Of a stretch of DNA of 64,000 bases, positions 21,882 through 35,565 are shown in pieces; position 1 is the first letter of the stretch; the number at the start of each line of letters is the position of its first letter. Made by a program: the position numbers and the translations under genes. The notes below the pieces were generated by a model. The model did not search any database. It saw nothing but the letters and a program-made list of their open reading frames with translations, and was not told where the DNA came from. The DNA comes from the human T2T-CHM13v2.0 reference genome, Homo sapiens, in the NCBI RefSeq assembly GCF_009914755.1, contig NC_060940.1. The stretch is one strand, 5' to 3'.

Positions 21882-22639
21882 GAATGTAAATGCTTTTTAA
21901 TCTCAAATTCCACTTGTTCATTGCTAGCATATAGGAAAGTGATTGTCCCATTTTATATTATCCTTATATCCTGCAACCTTGTCATAATTACTTATTAGTT
22001 CCTGGACTTCATTTTGGTCTATTCTTTCAGATTTTCTGCATGGATGAACATACCATCTGCTGGCAAAGACAGTTTTATTTCTTCTTTCCTAATCAGTATA
22101 CCTTTAATTTCATTTTCTTGTCTTATTGCATTAACTAGGACATTCATTCAATGTTGACAAAGGGTAGTAAGGGGATATTTTTGCCTTGTTTCTGATCTTC
22201 AAGGGAATGCTTTGAGTTTGTCAACATTAAGTATAATGTTAGCTGTAGGCTTTTTTATATATATATTTTTTCCTTTAAAGTTGAGGATGTTCCCTAATAA
22301 TTTTTTTCATGAATGTGTGTTGGATCTTGTTAATTGCTTTTTCTGCAAATATTGATATGGTAATTTTTCTTCTCTACCCAGTTGCTGTGATACATTATAT
22401 TGCTGATTTTCCAATGTTGAACCAGCCCTGCATATCTGGGGTAAATCCCACTTGGTCATAGTGTATATATCTTTTTATACATTATTGAATTTGATTTGCT
22501 AATATTTTTGTAAGAGTCTTTGCATTTATATTCATGAACAATATTGGTCTATAGTTTTCTTTCCTTATAATATTTTGTCTGGTTTTGGTATCTGGGTGAT
22601 TCTGGCCTCATATAATTAATTAGAAAGTATTCCGTCTGC

Positions 22640-23436
22640 ATTTATGCAGCCAAAAAACACATGAAAAAATGCTCATCATCACTGGCCATCAGAGAAATGC
22701 AAATCAAAACCACAATGAGATACCATCTCACACCAGTTAGAATGGCAATCATGAAAAAGTCAGGAAACAACAGGTGCTGGAGAGGATGTGGAGACATAGG
22801 AACACTTTTACACTGTTGGTGGGACTGTAAACTAGTTCAACCATTGTGGAAGACAGTGTGGTGATTCCTCAGGGATCTAGAACTAGAAATACCATTTGAC
22901 CCAGCCATCCCATTACTGGGTATATACCCAAAGGATTATAAATCATGCTGCTATAAAGACACATGCACCTGTATGCCTATTGCGGCACTATTCACAATAG
23001 CAAAGACTTGGAACCAAGCCAAATGTCCAACAACGATAGAGTGGATTAAGAAAATGTGGTACATATACACCATGGAATACTATGCAGCCATAAAAAATGA
23101 TGAGTTCATGTCCTTTGTAGGGACATGGATGAAGCTGGAAACCATCATTCTCAGCAAACTATCGCAAGGACAAAAAACCAAACACCACATGTTCTCACTC
23201 ATAGGTGGGAATTGAACAATGAGAACACATGACACAGGAAGGGGAACATCACATACCGGGGACAGTTGTGGGGTGGGGGGAGGGGGGAGGGATAGTGTTA
23301 GGAGCTATACCTAATGCTAAATGACGAGTTAATGGGTGCAGCACACCAACATGACACATACATACATATGTAACAAACCTGCACATTGTGCACATGTACC
23401 CTAAAACTTAAAGTATAATAATAATAAAATAAAAAA
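22640..23436 (+). mobile_element. 5'-truncated L1PA4-like element
   Basis: ORF2 C-terminus and 3'UTR (aatgctaaatgacgagttaatggg); 18-bp TSD agaaa(g/a)tattccgtctgc at 22622-22639 and 23437-23454. Confidence 0.92.
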
Positions 23437-24411
23437 AGAAAATATTCCGTCTGCTTCTGTCTTCTGAAAGATATTGTAGAGAAATGGTATAATTTCTTCC
23501 TTAATGTTCGCTAGAATTAATCAGTGAGCCCATCTGGACCTGGTGTTTTCTGTTTAGAAAGTTACGATTTATTGATTCAATTTCTGTAATAGATTTAGTC
23601 CTAGTCAGATGTCTATTTCTTCTTCTGTGTGTTTTGGCAGATTGTCTCTTTCAAGAAATTGGTTCATTTAATCTAAGTTACCAAGTTTGTGGGCATAGAG
23701 TTGTCCATAATTTTTTGTATTATTATTTTCATACCCATGGGTTCCTTAGTGTTGTCCCCTCTCATTTCTGATATTAGTAATTTCTGTCTCTCTCTTTTTT
23801 TCTTAGTTATCTTGGCTAGAGGCTTCCTAATTTTATTTATCTTTCAGAAGAACAAGCTTTCTTTTTCATTGATTTTCTCTATTGATTCCAGTTTTCAATT
23901 TTATTGATTTCTGTTTCAATTTTTATTATTTTTTCAGTTTACTTTGGATTTAATTTGTTCTTTTTTTTTCTAGTTTCCTGAGGTTGAAACTTGGATTATT
24001 GGCTTTAGAACTTACTTCTTTTCTTATATACACTTTTAATGCTGTAAATTCCTTTCTAAGAATTACTTTCACTGCGTCCCACAACTTTTGGTAAGTTGTA
24101 TTTTAATCTTCACTGAGTTAAAAATATTTTAAAATTTATCTTGGGATATCTTCTTTGACCTGTGTGTTATTTAGAAGTGTGTTGTTTAATCTCTAATTAT
24201 TTTGAGGTTTTTCCAGTTATCTTTCTGTTATTGATTTTTAGTTTAGTTCTATTGGGGTCTGACAGCAGATATCATGTAACTTCTGTTTTAAATTTGTGAA
24301 GCTGGCCCCTAACAAGGCCCAGAATATGTTCAATTTTGGTGAATAATACCCGTATTCATGTGAGCTTGAGAATAGTATATATTCTGCTGTTGTTAGATGG
24401 AGAAGTTTACA

Positions 24412-25720
24412 CGTCTTGGTTTTTTTTTAGCCATACTTCTAATGGGTGTGTAGTGCTACCTCATTTTAATTTGCACCCTCCTGATGACTAATTATGTTAT
24501 GTATTTTTTCCTGTGCTTATTTGCTATTTATATCTTCTTTTTTGAAGTAGTTCAAATCTTTTTCATTTTTTATGTTTTTTAAAAACTTATATTATTGAAT
24601 TACAAATGTTCTTTTTATATTCTGAATAGAAGCCCTTAATCTGATATGTGTTTTGCAAATATTTTCTCTTTGTCTGTGGCTTGTCTTTACATTTTTTTCA
24701 GTGTTTTCTGAGAAGCAGATATTTTAATTTTGTGAAGTTCAATTTATCACATTGTTTATGGATTACATTTATAAAATTGTTGCCTAACCCAAGATCTTAA
24801 AAATTTCTCTCATATTTTTAAAAAAATTTTAGAGTTTTACATTTTATATTTGGATGTATGATCCTTTTCAGACTTTTCTTTTTTTTTTTTCTTTCTCTCT
24901 TTTTTTTTTTCTTTTTTTTTTAATTATACTTTAAGTTTTAGGGTACATGTGCACATTGTGCAGGTTAGTTACATATGTATACATGTGCCATGCTGGTGCG
25001 CTGCACCCACTAACTCATCATCTAGCCTTAGGTATATCTCCCAATGCTATCTCTCTCCGTTCCCCCTACCCCACCACAGTCCCCAGAGTGTGATATTCCC
25101 CTTCATGTGTCCATGTGATCTCATTGTTCAATTCCCACCTATGAGTGAGAATATGCGGTGTTTGGTTTTTTGTTCTTGCGATAGTTTACTGAGAATGAGA
25201 CTTTTCAAATATGGTGCAGGATATGGATTGAGGTTCTCGTTTTTGTACTGGGATTAGTCTAGCACCACTTATTGAAAAGCCCATCTTTTCCCCACTGAAG
25301 TATCTTAGCACATTTTTTCAATTAACTATATAATGAGGACCTATTTCTGAACTCTCTGTTCTGTATCATTGATGCGTAAGTCTATCCTTAAACCAATACC
25401 ACATTGTCTTGATTATTGCAGCTGTAAAATAAGTCTTTAAATCTGATAGTGAGTCCTCCAACAATATTTTTCCTTTTTGAGGTTGTTTTTGTCACAGATT
25501 ATTGACTTTTTAATGTAATTTTAGGATGTCTGTCAATTTGTAATGAAATGTCTGCTGGAATTTTGATTGGGATTGCATTGAGTCTATAGATCAATTTGCA
25601 GAGAATTAACATCTTAACAATATCAAGTCTTCAAATTCATGAGCACGTATTTCCATTTATCTAGGTCTTATTTATTTTTTCTTTATCAAGCTGGTAAGTT
25701 TTGGTGGTTTGTTTTACAGA
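24412..25720 (-). mobile_element. Old L1M ORF2 3' fragment, interrupted by a short L1PA2
   Basis: Degenerate reverse ORF2 (ttgattgggattgcattgagtctatagatcaattt). Confidence 0.7.
24879..25198 (-). mobile_element. Short 5'-truncated L1PA2-like insertion (~320 bp)
   Basis: 3'UTR nearly identical to that of the full-length copy; TSD agacttttc at 24870-24878 and 25198-25206, followed by AA. Confidence 0.92.
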
Positions 25721-26414
25721 TGTAGATAACTGTAATCATCTGCTTTATTTTTTTTAAATCTTTTTATACCCAGAGATTAGAACCCTGCCTAGAACATTAT
25801 CTGGTACATGGCTAATGCCCAATAAATATCCTTTGAATAACAAGTTTGTGCACAAAATAAAATTTATTTGCTATCCTGAGAATGTGTTAATATATACCCC
25901 ACAAAACTGTCAAATAAAATAAATGAGTAAAAAAAGTTAGAAACACGTTTTGAGTACTTGACACAGTTGACACTCAATAAATATTAATCATATTAAAGGA
26001 AGAGGAAAGGTAGAACAATGATTTCATGTTGGCTAGGTGATTCTGTATTTCCAAAGGAAGAATAAAAGATTAATAAGCATTTTGAAACAGGATAAATGAT
26101 AAAGTCTGGGTTAGAAAAATACCTTGATTGAAATTGTATGAACTAGATATTTGTACACATCTCCTTGTTGTGTGTGGGGTGCCGTGTCATTGGGTAGATT
26201 TCTGTACTTCAGAGCAAAGCAATTCATCTCTCCTGGTGCAATGATTGCCAGTTCTGTGAGTCTTCTCTAGGGAAAGATCACTGCAGTAGGTCAGGATCTG
26301 CCTCAAAGGAGCACTTTTCACAACATTCCTCTTCTGCCTATCTGGGCCCTATGGCAACGATTCAGCAAAACATCCCAGAAAGCACAGTTAGAACAGTGCA
26401 GTTGTGAAAGCAGT

Positions 26415-26650
26415 AAGGTGACAGAAAGAGCACAGGCTCTGAAATGAAGGGAACGTGCATTTGAGTTCTGGCTCCACCATGTACTATAACATGACCTTGG
26501 ACATGTTGCTTATTATCTCTGAATCTCAACTCTCTCAACTTTAAAGTGGGAAAAATGATAACTGCCTTGAGGATGGCTCTAAGACTTAAATGAAATAATA
26601 TATGAAAAATACTTGGAACACATAGGCACTCAATAAATAATAATTACTAT
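26415..26650 (+). mobile_element. MIR
   Basis: gagcacaggctctg...tgaccttggacatgttg...cacataggcactcaataaat. Confidence 0.7.
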
Positions 26651-27004
26651 TTCTTAAAACTCTGGCTGGCGCATTCTGAAATTTATGCTTAAAGCTAGAA
26701 GAATGCTCTGTTGAAGTAGTCTTTACATTATTAGAATTTCTTGGGTTGTTGATTAAAAGCCTGGTTAAATTATGATGTCCCCTGAAAACAGGCCTTGATT
26801 AAAACAAGACTCCTGAACAAAACAATAATAAGCAACTGCTCAACCCAGAAAATAGTGCATGCCCTCTCCCAATCCTCCAAAAAAGTCCCAAGCAACAATA
26901 GCAGCATGGGTCTCTAGACTCAATACTCAGCAACTTTTCTTTAGTGAGGTCTATAAACAAATTTTACTCCCCTCTTAAATTTTAGTGTCTTTGTTTTTCT
27001 GCAG

Positions 27005-27213
27005 TGCTGTATGGCATTCTTTACTTCATTCTTGGAAGCATTGCCATTAAATGCCAGAGATGGATGGATGCCGCGAGTTTGCTACCAGCTTGCTACTTCT
27101 GTCCATTTTGGTTGTGAATGCTGAGCTGTAGACACTCCCTTCTTTGGGGTCCGACGGTTGTGAGGGGAGGTGTTAAGGTGGGGCAAGTCTGGTGACAAAT
27201 TAGTGAGCTCTTT
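27005..27213 (+). ncRNA. Candidate exon; 3' boundary uncertain
   Basis: Acceptor gtgtctttgtttttctgcag| at 27004; possible donors AAG|gtgggg (27178) or TTT|gtgagt (27214); unique sequence. Confidence 0.35.
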
Positions 27214-28725
27214 GTGAGTGAATCCTTTCCACTAGAGGGGAAAGATGAATGCTGGCACATTTACGAGTGTTTTCTGAATCACTCTGAGCAGTCCTGGGAG
27301 TAGATTTACAAAGAGACATATGTTCTCAGTATTTGACTAAACACAGGCAGGCATTAAAATATGGTGTGCTCATAAGCTGTTTACAGGTACTGAATTTTAA
27401 ATAACTGGCAGTCTTGGTCATCTATTCAAGGAGGAATCCAAGCTCTCAATTCCATAATCTCCCTGTCGTAACAAAGGCATGAAAGAGATTATCAGCAAGT
27501 GCTTGTGGAAGGAGTAGAGGAGGGGTAGGGAGAGGCAAGGGAGAGAAGGAAGAAAGAGATGAAGGAAAGGACTGAGGACAAGGGAAAATAAAGAAAGAAA
27601 TGAAGGGGAGAAGACAAATTACTAAATAGCACAGTGGAAACTCTCTAGAATATCTGGAGCCTTTGAAAGAAAATGTTAAAACCACACGAGTGTGCCTGGA
27701 AACCACACAAAGAGCCATATCTCCTGGTGCCTGCAGTGCCTCTCTGGAACTAATCTAGACCTTCCTTTCAGCAGACCTGTCTTCCTCATCTCCCTCTTAC
27801 TGTGGCTCAACCACAGGTTTGACTCTGCCCTTCTGCCTTTCATTGCTGTTAGCCTCTCTGACCTCTGATCTTACTGTCTTAGAGGCTTAGATTAGGAAAC
27901 CCCTCTGAGGCTTGGTGGCTAGTCTTTTCCCTCTAGCCCATACATGCCTGATGTGGGGGCGGGGAGGGAGTCCAGGTCCAGATCCAGGCTGACTTCCTCC
28001 CCAATAATGAGTTATGACATTGATTTTCCTACAGTGTCATGGGTGATGTCACACCAAGCACCAGCTTGACTTCACTGAGCTCTGCAGCTGCTAACAGGTC
28101 ATTTTTTTCATGAGAGAAACCTCCTGAGAGAGGGGCCATCTGGGAGACCAACTGAACAGCCCTCAGTAGGTCTTTCCGTGGAAGAGAGTGATGAAAACAT
28201 ATGAGAAAATGCTTTAAAAAACAGGATCATCCCATAGACCCACCCCAGAGAGTAACACCCACCCTCACCTTGCAGTCTTTACTTTTTCTCTCTTTAAAAT
28301 ACATTTACAGCAATTTCAACTCCAAGCTTAACAGGTTCAAGGGATGACCCTAATTAGTTAATTGATTTCAAGATGATGAATGATGCACTGGCTAAGAAGA
28401 AACTCTTTCTCTGCTAGTACAAGTTAAGAACACTTTTAGCTACACTACCCTACTGTGGACAAAGCTTTCCCTGCCCTCTATCCAGGAGGAAACTCTACCC
28501 ATTGGCTCAGTCCACTGAAGAAATAAGACCATTGACCAATAGCAGTAACTGAGCATCCACTGAGAGTCGAATCTAGCATAGAGTCCTGAGCCACATAGGA
28601 TAGAAAAGGTCCTTCAAGTAACTTGTGCTTGGAGAAGCAAGTGGTAATCTGCACCCCTCTCTTCTTGTGGTTCTAGCAGCTTGCCTTTTCTGGGCAACTG
28701 CTTTACTTCTTTGCCTCCCACTTTT

Positions 28726-29180
28726 TAAAAAAAATTAAATTAAATTAAATTAAATTTTGAGTTCTGGGATACATGTGCAGGATGTGCAGGTTTGTTACAT
28801 AGGCAAACATGTGCCATGGTAGTTTGCTGTACCTATCAACCCATCACCTAGGTATTGAGCCCCGCATGCATCAGGTATTTATCCTGATGCTGTCTCTCCC
28901 CGTATCCCCTCAACAGGACCCAGTGTGTGTTTTTCCCCTCCCTGTGTCTGTGTGTTCTCATTGTTCAGTTCCCACTTATAAGTGAGAACATGCGGTGTTT
29001 GCTTTTCTGTTCCTGTGTTAGTTTGCTGAGGATAATGGCTTCCAGTTCCATCCATGTTCCTGCAAATGGCATGATTTCATTCCTTTTTATGGATGTATAG
29101 TATTCCATGGTGTATATATACCACATTTCCTTTATCCAGTCTGTCATTGATGGGCATTTGGGTTGATTCCATGTCTTTTC
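28726..29180 (-). mobile_element. 5'-truncated L1PA8/PA10-like element
   Basis: Reverse 3'UTR and ORF2 end (HRMFSLISGN); TSD tgcctcccactt at 28712 and 29181. Confidence 0.88.
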
Positions 29181-29467
29181 TGCCTCCCACTTCTAACCAA
29201 GTGTTTTTTGGGGGGTTGCCCATCACAAGTGCCCTGCCAAGGCATGTCAATCAGAGCACTTCCACGGGAAATTGTGAATCGAAAGTAAGAGATCACTCCC
29301 TTCTTTCTGACAGCAAAGCTGAGGAGACGTGAGCTCTGAGATAACCACAGCCTTTGTTTCAGTCTGGTAGAGATGGCCATGTTGAGTGAGGCAGAGTAAT
29401 CAGATGCAGAGAAGGAGAGTCCATATTAATTGATTAGAAAATAAGTATAAGATAATGCAAAACGCAG

Positions 29468-29963
29468 GTTTATTAGTTTCCTATTGCTCTTGTAGCAAAT
29501 TAAGACACTAGAGTAGCTTAAAACAACACAAAAGTGTTATCTTACAGTTCTGAAGGTCAGATGTCTGAGGCAGGTCTTGCAGGCTAAAATCAAGGTGTGG
29601 GCCGGATTGCATCCCTGCTGGAGACTCTGGCAGAGAATCTGTTTATTTCCTGGCCTTTTCCAGCTTTGACAGGCTGCCTGCATTCCTTGGCTCCTAGCTC
29701 CCTCCATCTTCAAAGTGCATTGTTCTAACCTCTGCTTTTGTTATCACATCTTTCTCTGAAATTCCTGGCTTCCTCTGATAAGGACCCTTGTGATTACATT
29801 AGGCCCACCCAGATAATCTAGGATAATCTCTCCACTCAAGGTCGATTAGCCTTAACTCCATCTACAATCTTAACTCCCCCTTGCTGTGTAACATTCACGT
29901 TCACAGGTCCTGTGGATTAGGGCATGGACATTTTTATGGGGGTCATAATTTTGTCTGTCACAT
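29468..29963 (-). mobile_element. MLT1C/D solo LTR
   Basis: ttattagtttcctattgct...cttacagttctgaaggtcag...ggctgcctgcattccttggctc. Confidence 0.78.
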
Positions 29964-30698
29964 CAGTGAATAAAGATGGAGCCTGAGTTAGTATCCTCCA
30001 GGTTGCAGAGATTCAGAGAAGGTAATGTGGAGGTTAAGGTGGACTCAACCTAACAGGGCCTCCAAGGCTGAAGTCATATTTATTTTAAAGGTGAATTCAC
30101 ACTTGTTCCAGCAGATCACATTTCTTTTTTCTCCTATATGTGCACATTCTAAAATGTGCAAGCTTTTGTCTTTCAGTTTTCTGGGCTATAGAATCCTTTA
30201 CATTTATATTCATTTCAAAGATTAGGACACTTTTCCCTGTCTCTTCTTGCCTGGCACCCCAAAACTTCATGATTCCTCTGTCTACTGAATGGTGCTGCAG
30301 CCAGGACTGAAGTTCCCTGTGACCCCGAGATGTCTTTGTGCTGGGGGTGGTACTTCCTTATGATCTCATTAGTTCCTTAGGCCTGGTTTCCCTCCAAACG
30401 GTGATTGTGCTACCTGTTCTAAGTTGAACAGCCCGTGTTCTGCAAAGCTAAGGTTGAGTTTGCCTGTTTTCCTTCCATTCTATGTTAACACGGCATCCTC
30501 AGCCCTCAGTTGTCATTCTGTTCCTTACAGGTTTGTCTTGCTCCCAATGTTTTTCAAAATCTTCTGTTCCCTAACTCATTAGGCACAAGTTTTGTTCATG
30601 GGAAGAGCTCCTTCTGACACTGTTTGTTAAGGTTTCTTCATCCTTTTGTATTTGTTCTTGGTTATGTGCTTTTCCTCTTACATTTTGTGTGTGTCCTT

Positions 30699-30776
30699 TT
30701 TTAGGCTTTTCTTTCTTTTCCTTCCTTCCTTCCTTCCTTTCTTTCTCCCTCTCTCTCTCTCTCTCTCTTTTTTTTT
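30699..30776. repeat. Polypyrimidine microsatellite (CCTT)n/(CT)n/Tn
   Basis: Read directly from the sequence. Confidence 0.8.
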
Positions 30777-30919
30777 GGTGTTCTGAGTAGCTGGACAAGC
30801 AGAAGACAGGGGAAGCAGTTTTTTCAGCTCTCTCTAGCCCACCCCCACAGAAAAGTAAGCACTCAGCACAGCATTAAAAAGAAAGCAGAGAGCTACTTGC
30901 TGGCCTAATCGACATAACA

Positions 30920-31140
30920 GCCAGCATTCTTTGAGTGCTTATGGCAGACATCACACTAAGTGCTTTATGTATATTACTTCTTTTAAATTCTCAACCAACA
31001 GTAAGCAGTATTAACCTCCATTCTACAGACAAGAAAACTGAGGCACAAAGAACTTAAATAATTTGCCTGTCACAGAATTATAAAATGACACAAATGAGAT
31101 TCAAATTTAGGCAGTCTCCCATGTGCTTAACTGTGCCTCC
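30920..31140 (-). mobile_element. MIR
   Basis: cattctacagacaagaaaactgaggcacaaagaacttaaataatttgcc core. Confidence 0.7.
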
Positions 31141-31617
31141 CCAACCCCAGAGGGAGGTGAGAGAGGCACTGGCTATTCATGTCATGCATGATGTGCACTC
31201 TTAGTAGGATACTCTGAGGTCCAGATGTTCTTTCTTTGGAGGAATTTGAGATGTTGGCAACATTATTGACTCTCCTGGTCTATGGCTTGGTTAAGTTGGA
31301 TCCTCCCTGGGGGAGCTTGTTTGGGGGAAAGTCAAGACATCTACCAGGTCTCATAGCATTATTGCACAAGCAGAGGGAGGGCATCAAGAAAACTGAAGCT
31401 GACGCCTGTGGCTGTTATTCATACAGTATTTTCCCTCATTCATCAGAAACTGGGCCAGTTCTTCAGCCGTCCATCTCTCCCATCAGTGGTGGGAGCTTGA
31501 TTCTCATGGCTTATTTAGTAATACTTTCAAACACCATTTCTTAGAAATAAATGAGGGCCAGATAATTATGGCTGTTATATTTTTATCTTGATAAGTGGGA
31601 CAACCTTTGTTGACATC

Positions 31618-32065
31618 TGCGCTCGTTTTCTAGGGCTGCCATGACAAATAACCACTAACTTGATGGCTTAAAACAACAGAAGTTTATTGTCTCAACGTTC
31701 TTGAGGTTAGATGTCCAAAATCAGTGTTGGTGGGTTTGCTTATTTTTGAAGGCTCTGGGATGACCCTTCCATGCCCCTCTCCTATCTTCTGGCACCTGCC
31801 AGCAATCCTTGGCTTTCTTTGGCTTGAAGATGCAGCTCTCCAATCTTCGCCTCCCTTGTCACACAGCGTTCTTCTCTCTAAGTCTCTGTGGCTTCACATT
31901 GTCTTCTTAAGGACACCAGTCATTAGCTCTAGGGCCCACTCTCATCCCATATGACCACATCTTAACTGATTACATCTATGAAGACCTTATTCCAAATAAG
32001 GTTATGTTCTGAGGTTCCAGTTGGATATGAATTTTGGAAGAACTGGACATTATTCATCCCAGTAG
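31618..32065 (-). mobile_element. MLT1B/C solo LTR
   Basis: ttttctagggctgccatgacaaataacc...ggcttaaaacaacagaagtttattgtctc. Confidence 0.78.
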
Positions 32066-32311
32066 AGCATTCTTTAGGTCAGCAATAACTAGTCATAAAT
32101 GGTTTCTTGTGTTTTTCTACTACCCTCCTTGACCATGCATAAATAAATGTTCTTCTTTCCCTATCTCCTAAGGTGAGATGATTTCAACTAGAATTGTTAA
32201 AATAATCCCTAAACATCCCTCTTAAAAGTTGAGTGCATAAGAAGTTTCCCTGGGTGGCTTTGCTGTCTGTCTTCCTCTGGTACCATCCCCTTTTCTTCAT
32301 TGGGATTTTTT

Positions 32312-32659
32312 TTTTGGGAGTATTTTAAACTTTATTTTAAGTTCTGGGATACACATACAGAATGTGCAGGTTTATTACATAGGTATACATGTGACATGGT
32401 GGCACAGAACAGAACAGAAACAGAACAGAGACCTCAGAAATAACACCAACATCTACAACCATCTGATCTTTGACAAACCTAATAGAAACAAGCAATGGGG
32501 AGAGGATTCCCTGTTTCATAAAAGGTGCTGGGAAAACTGGCTAGCCATATGCAGAAAACAGAAACTGGACCCCTTCCTTACACCTTACACAAAAATTAAC
32601 TCAAGATGGATTAAAGCCTTAAATGTAAAACCAAAAACCATAAAAACCCTAGAAGAAAA
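32312..32659 (-). mobile_element. L1PA8-like insertion with 5' inversion (3' end on -, ORF2 piece on +)
   Basis: Reverse 3' end at 32312-32402 joined to forward ORF2 at 32403-32659; TSD cattgggatt(t/c)ttt at 32298-32311 and 32660-32673. Confidence 0.85.
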
Positions 32660-33073
32660 CATTGGGATTCTTTATAACAATTGTCAGAATTCTTTTTAAA
32701 AAAACATTTTATAAAATCTACTCTCTCTTATAATCTCTATCCAAGGGACTGTAAAAGGAGAGACTCCCACTCTCCTTTTCCTGCTGCCTTTCCAAAGTCT
32801 AGTGTAGACATCTGACTAGGTGTATGACTCTTCTCCCAAGTTGTCCTTGTTGCTAAGGTAATCTGTCCCATTCTTTCAAGATTCTATACTTTTGCATCAC
32901 CAACTATTGCTTCCTTATATTGTTCAGGATTAGAACTTGAAAGACAGCTCCTCTGATTGCATTCTTAACCTTTTTAGACAGAAAATTATCTGCAAGGAAA
33001 GTCAAGAATTAGCCAAAGAAATTTCCATCAGAAACCTCAAAAGTGTTCATGTCCTTTGATCTGGGAATTCTAT

Positions 33074-33965
33074 TGTTGACATAAAAGCCAAACTTTGTAA
33101 AATATTTAAACAGGTTTATCCTGAGCCAATATCAATGACCATGGTCCAGGGAACAGTCTCAAGAAGTCCTGAGAACATGCACTTGAGGTTGGCAAGTTAT
33201 AGTTTGGTCTTATACATTTTAGGGAGACAGAAGTTACAGACACAAACATAAGTCAATACATGTAAGGTATACATTGGTACAGCTTGGGAAGGTGGGGCAT
33301 CTCAGGGGGTCAGGGATGAAGATTACAGGTCATGGGTGGATTCAAAGATTTTTCTGGTTGGCAAGTGGTTGAAAGAGTTAAGCTAAAGACTTGAAGTCAG
33401 TAGAAAGAAATGCTTGAGTTAAGATAAGGGAGGTTGTGGAAGCCAAGGTCCTTGTTATGTAGATGAAGTCTCCAGATAGCAAGCTTCAAAGAGAATAGAA
33501 GGTAAATAACTCTTTTTAGACCTTAAAAGACATCAGACTTTTAGCTAATGTTGCCTAGATCCTTGAAAGTCCTAGCTGCATGAATGGAAATTCTCTACAG
33601 ATGTAACATTGATGCCACAAAAGATGGCTTTGCAGGGCCATTTGAAAATATATCAAAGAAATATATTTTGGCATGAAATATTTTTATTTCTTACAGGGCC
33701 TGTATCTGTCATGTGATGCTATACCAGAGTCATGTTGGAATTTGTTAACTTATTGCCAAAGAGTCTGTTTTGTCAGTCTTGAGATCTCTATTTTGGTTTT
33801 AATGCTGATCAGCTGTGTCTAAACTCCAACAGGGAGGGGGTATAATGAGGTGTGTCTGACCTCCCTTCCCATCATGGTAGGGAATTCAATTTTTCAGGTT
33901 TCCCTTGGCCCAGAAGGGGTCCATTCAGTTAGCTGGGGGGCTTAAGATTTTATCTTTGGTTTACA
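33074..33965 (-). mobile_element. MER4-family (ERV1) solo LTR
   Basis: About 890 bp ending ...ggggggcttaagattttatctttggtttaca, the reverse of the MER4 start; inserted into an L1ME 3' end. Confidence 0.78.
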
Positions 33966-34430
33966 TCACTTCAGGAATTCACCCTAAGAAAATAATTAAG
34001 GCTATATACAGAAAACTGATCATGATAATGCTCATTGAAGCATTGCTTATAAGTTCAAAATATTGGAAACATTACACATAAGTAATAACAGTAGTTTCAT
34101 TAAATACATTATGGTTCTTTCATGGAATGGGCTGTTATGCAGATATTAAAATGTTGTTGAAGGACAGTATTTATTGACCTGAAGTGATACCCATAAAGCT
34201 GCTTAAGTTTAAAAAGTAGATTAAAAACCACGTGACACTATGATCCCACTTTAAAACTTGAGGGAGAATATTCGTGTAGAGAAAGCCTGAATGAATGCAT
34301 ATCAAAAGCTCACAGTGATTACCTCTGAGTAGTGAAATAAAGGACATTTTTTATTTTACCCTTTTGGTCTGCCCATATTTTTTACAGTGAACTGTAATCA
34401 TTGAGTAATAACTTAAAAAGCACATTAAAA
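33966..34430 (+). mobile_element. L1ME 3' end (also 32950-33073)
   Basis: Degenerate old L1 3' sequence, continuous across the MER4 LTR. Confidence 0.55.
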
Positions 34431-34884
34431 AAGAATGAATAGAAAATTTCTAAAATCCCATTTACATGACCAAAACACTGTTGCATATAAGAAGACTATG
34501 ACTTTAAGTTAAAACAAAGTGTAGATGATGTGGACAGCCCTGTCATTCTCGGATGCCCTTGCCTTCACCCTGCACCGACTCAAATGCAGAACTCAGTCTG
34601 TGCCATCAAAAAGTAATCTGGACTTTACTGAAGCCCTCACAGGGGCAAGGGAGGAGAGGGTTTACATTCAGTCTTGTGGCGAACAAGCTAAAAAAGTCTT
34701 AGAAATTTCTCTTCACTACAGTTCTTGGCTGCGTTGCTGCTTCCTTCCTGTCCACTTCCATCCTACCACACCCTTGGAATTTCCCTCTCTTCTGTTATGC
34801 AGGGTAATTCAGGGTAATTCAGCCTGGGGTCTTACCCCCAAACTCTAACTACTGAGTGGACTCCCTTTATTTGAATCTTAACCC

Positions 34885-35293
34885 TGCCTATTAGTCTATT
34901 TTGTGCTGTCATAAAGGAATACCTGAGGCTGGGTAATTTACAAAGAAAAGGTTTATTTGGCTTATGGTTCTGCAGGTTGTACAAGAAGCATGGTGGCAGG
35001 ATCTGATTCTAGTGAGGGCCTCAGAAAGCTTCCACTCATGACAGAAAGCAAAGGGAGAGTTGGTGTGTTACATAATGATAGAGGGAGCAAGAGAGACACC
35101 AGGGTCTTTTAAACAACCAGCTCTTGCATAAACTAAGAGTAAGAACACACTCATTACCACTGGGGGAGGGCATCGAGCTTTTCATGAGGGATCTGCCCCT
35201 ATGACCCAAACACTTCTCACCAGGCCCCACTTCCAACACTGGAAATCATATTTCAACATGAGATTTGGAGGGGACAAATATCCAAACTATATC
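34885..35293 (-). mobile_element. MSTB-like solo LTR
   Basis: tattagtctattttgtgctg...aaggaatacctgaggctggg...ccaaactatatca. Confidence 0.82.
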
Positions 35294-35483
35294 ACCTCGC
35301 CATTTACTATGTGACCCTGAGCAAAATACTTAATCTCACTCAGCCTCAATTTTTCTATCTGTAAAGTGGGGTATGTTGGTGCAAGGAGTGAATGAATTAA
35401 CTCATATGAAGTGCTTAATATAGCGCCTCCCACAGAGCACTCATAAATATCAGCCTTCATAGTGCTTTGTTCTTTTCTCTCAG

Positions 35484-35563
35484 ACTACCAGAGACAGTTC
35501 TTCTGGGGCCATTCTTCTTGTCTCTGACTTCCAGGAGAGTATCCAAAGGCTGAGAATTGCACA
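35484..35563 (+). ncRNA. Candidate 80-nt internal exon
   Basis: Acceptor ctttgttcttttctctcag| at 35483; donor ACA|gtaagt at 35564. Confidence 0.5.
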
Positions 35564-35565
35564 GT

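Noticed and set aside
27229-27242. CTCF-like ccactagagggga (also tatagagggcgc near 48200)
   Set aside because: Each lacks key consensus positions; not supportable without ChIP data.
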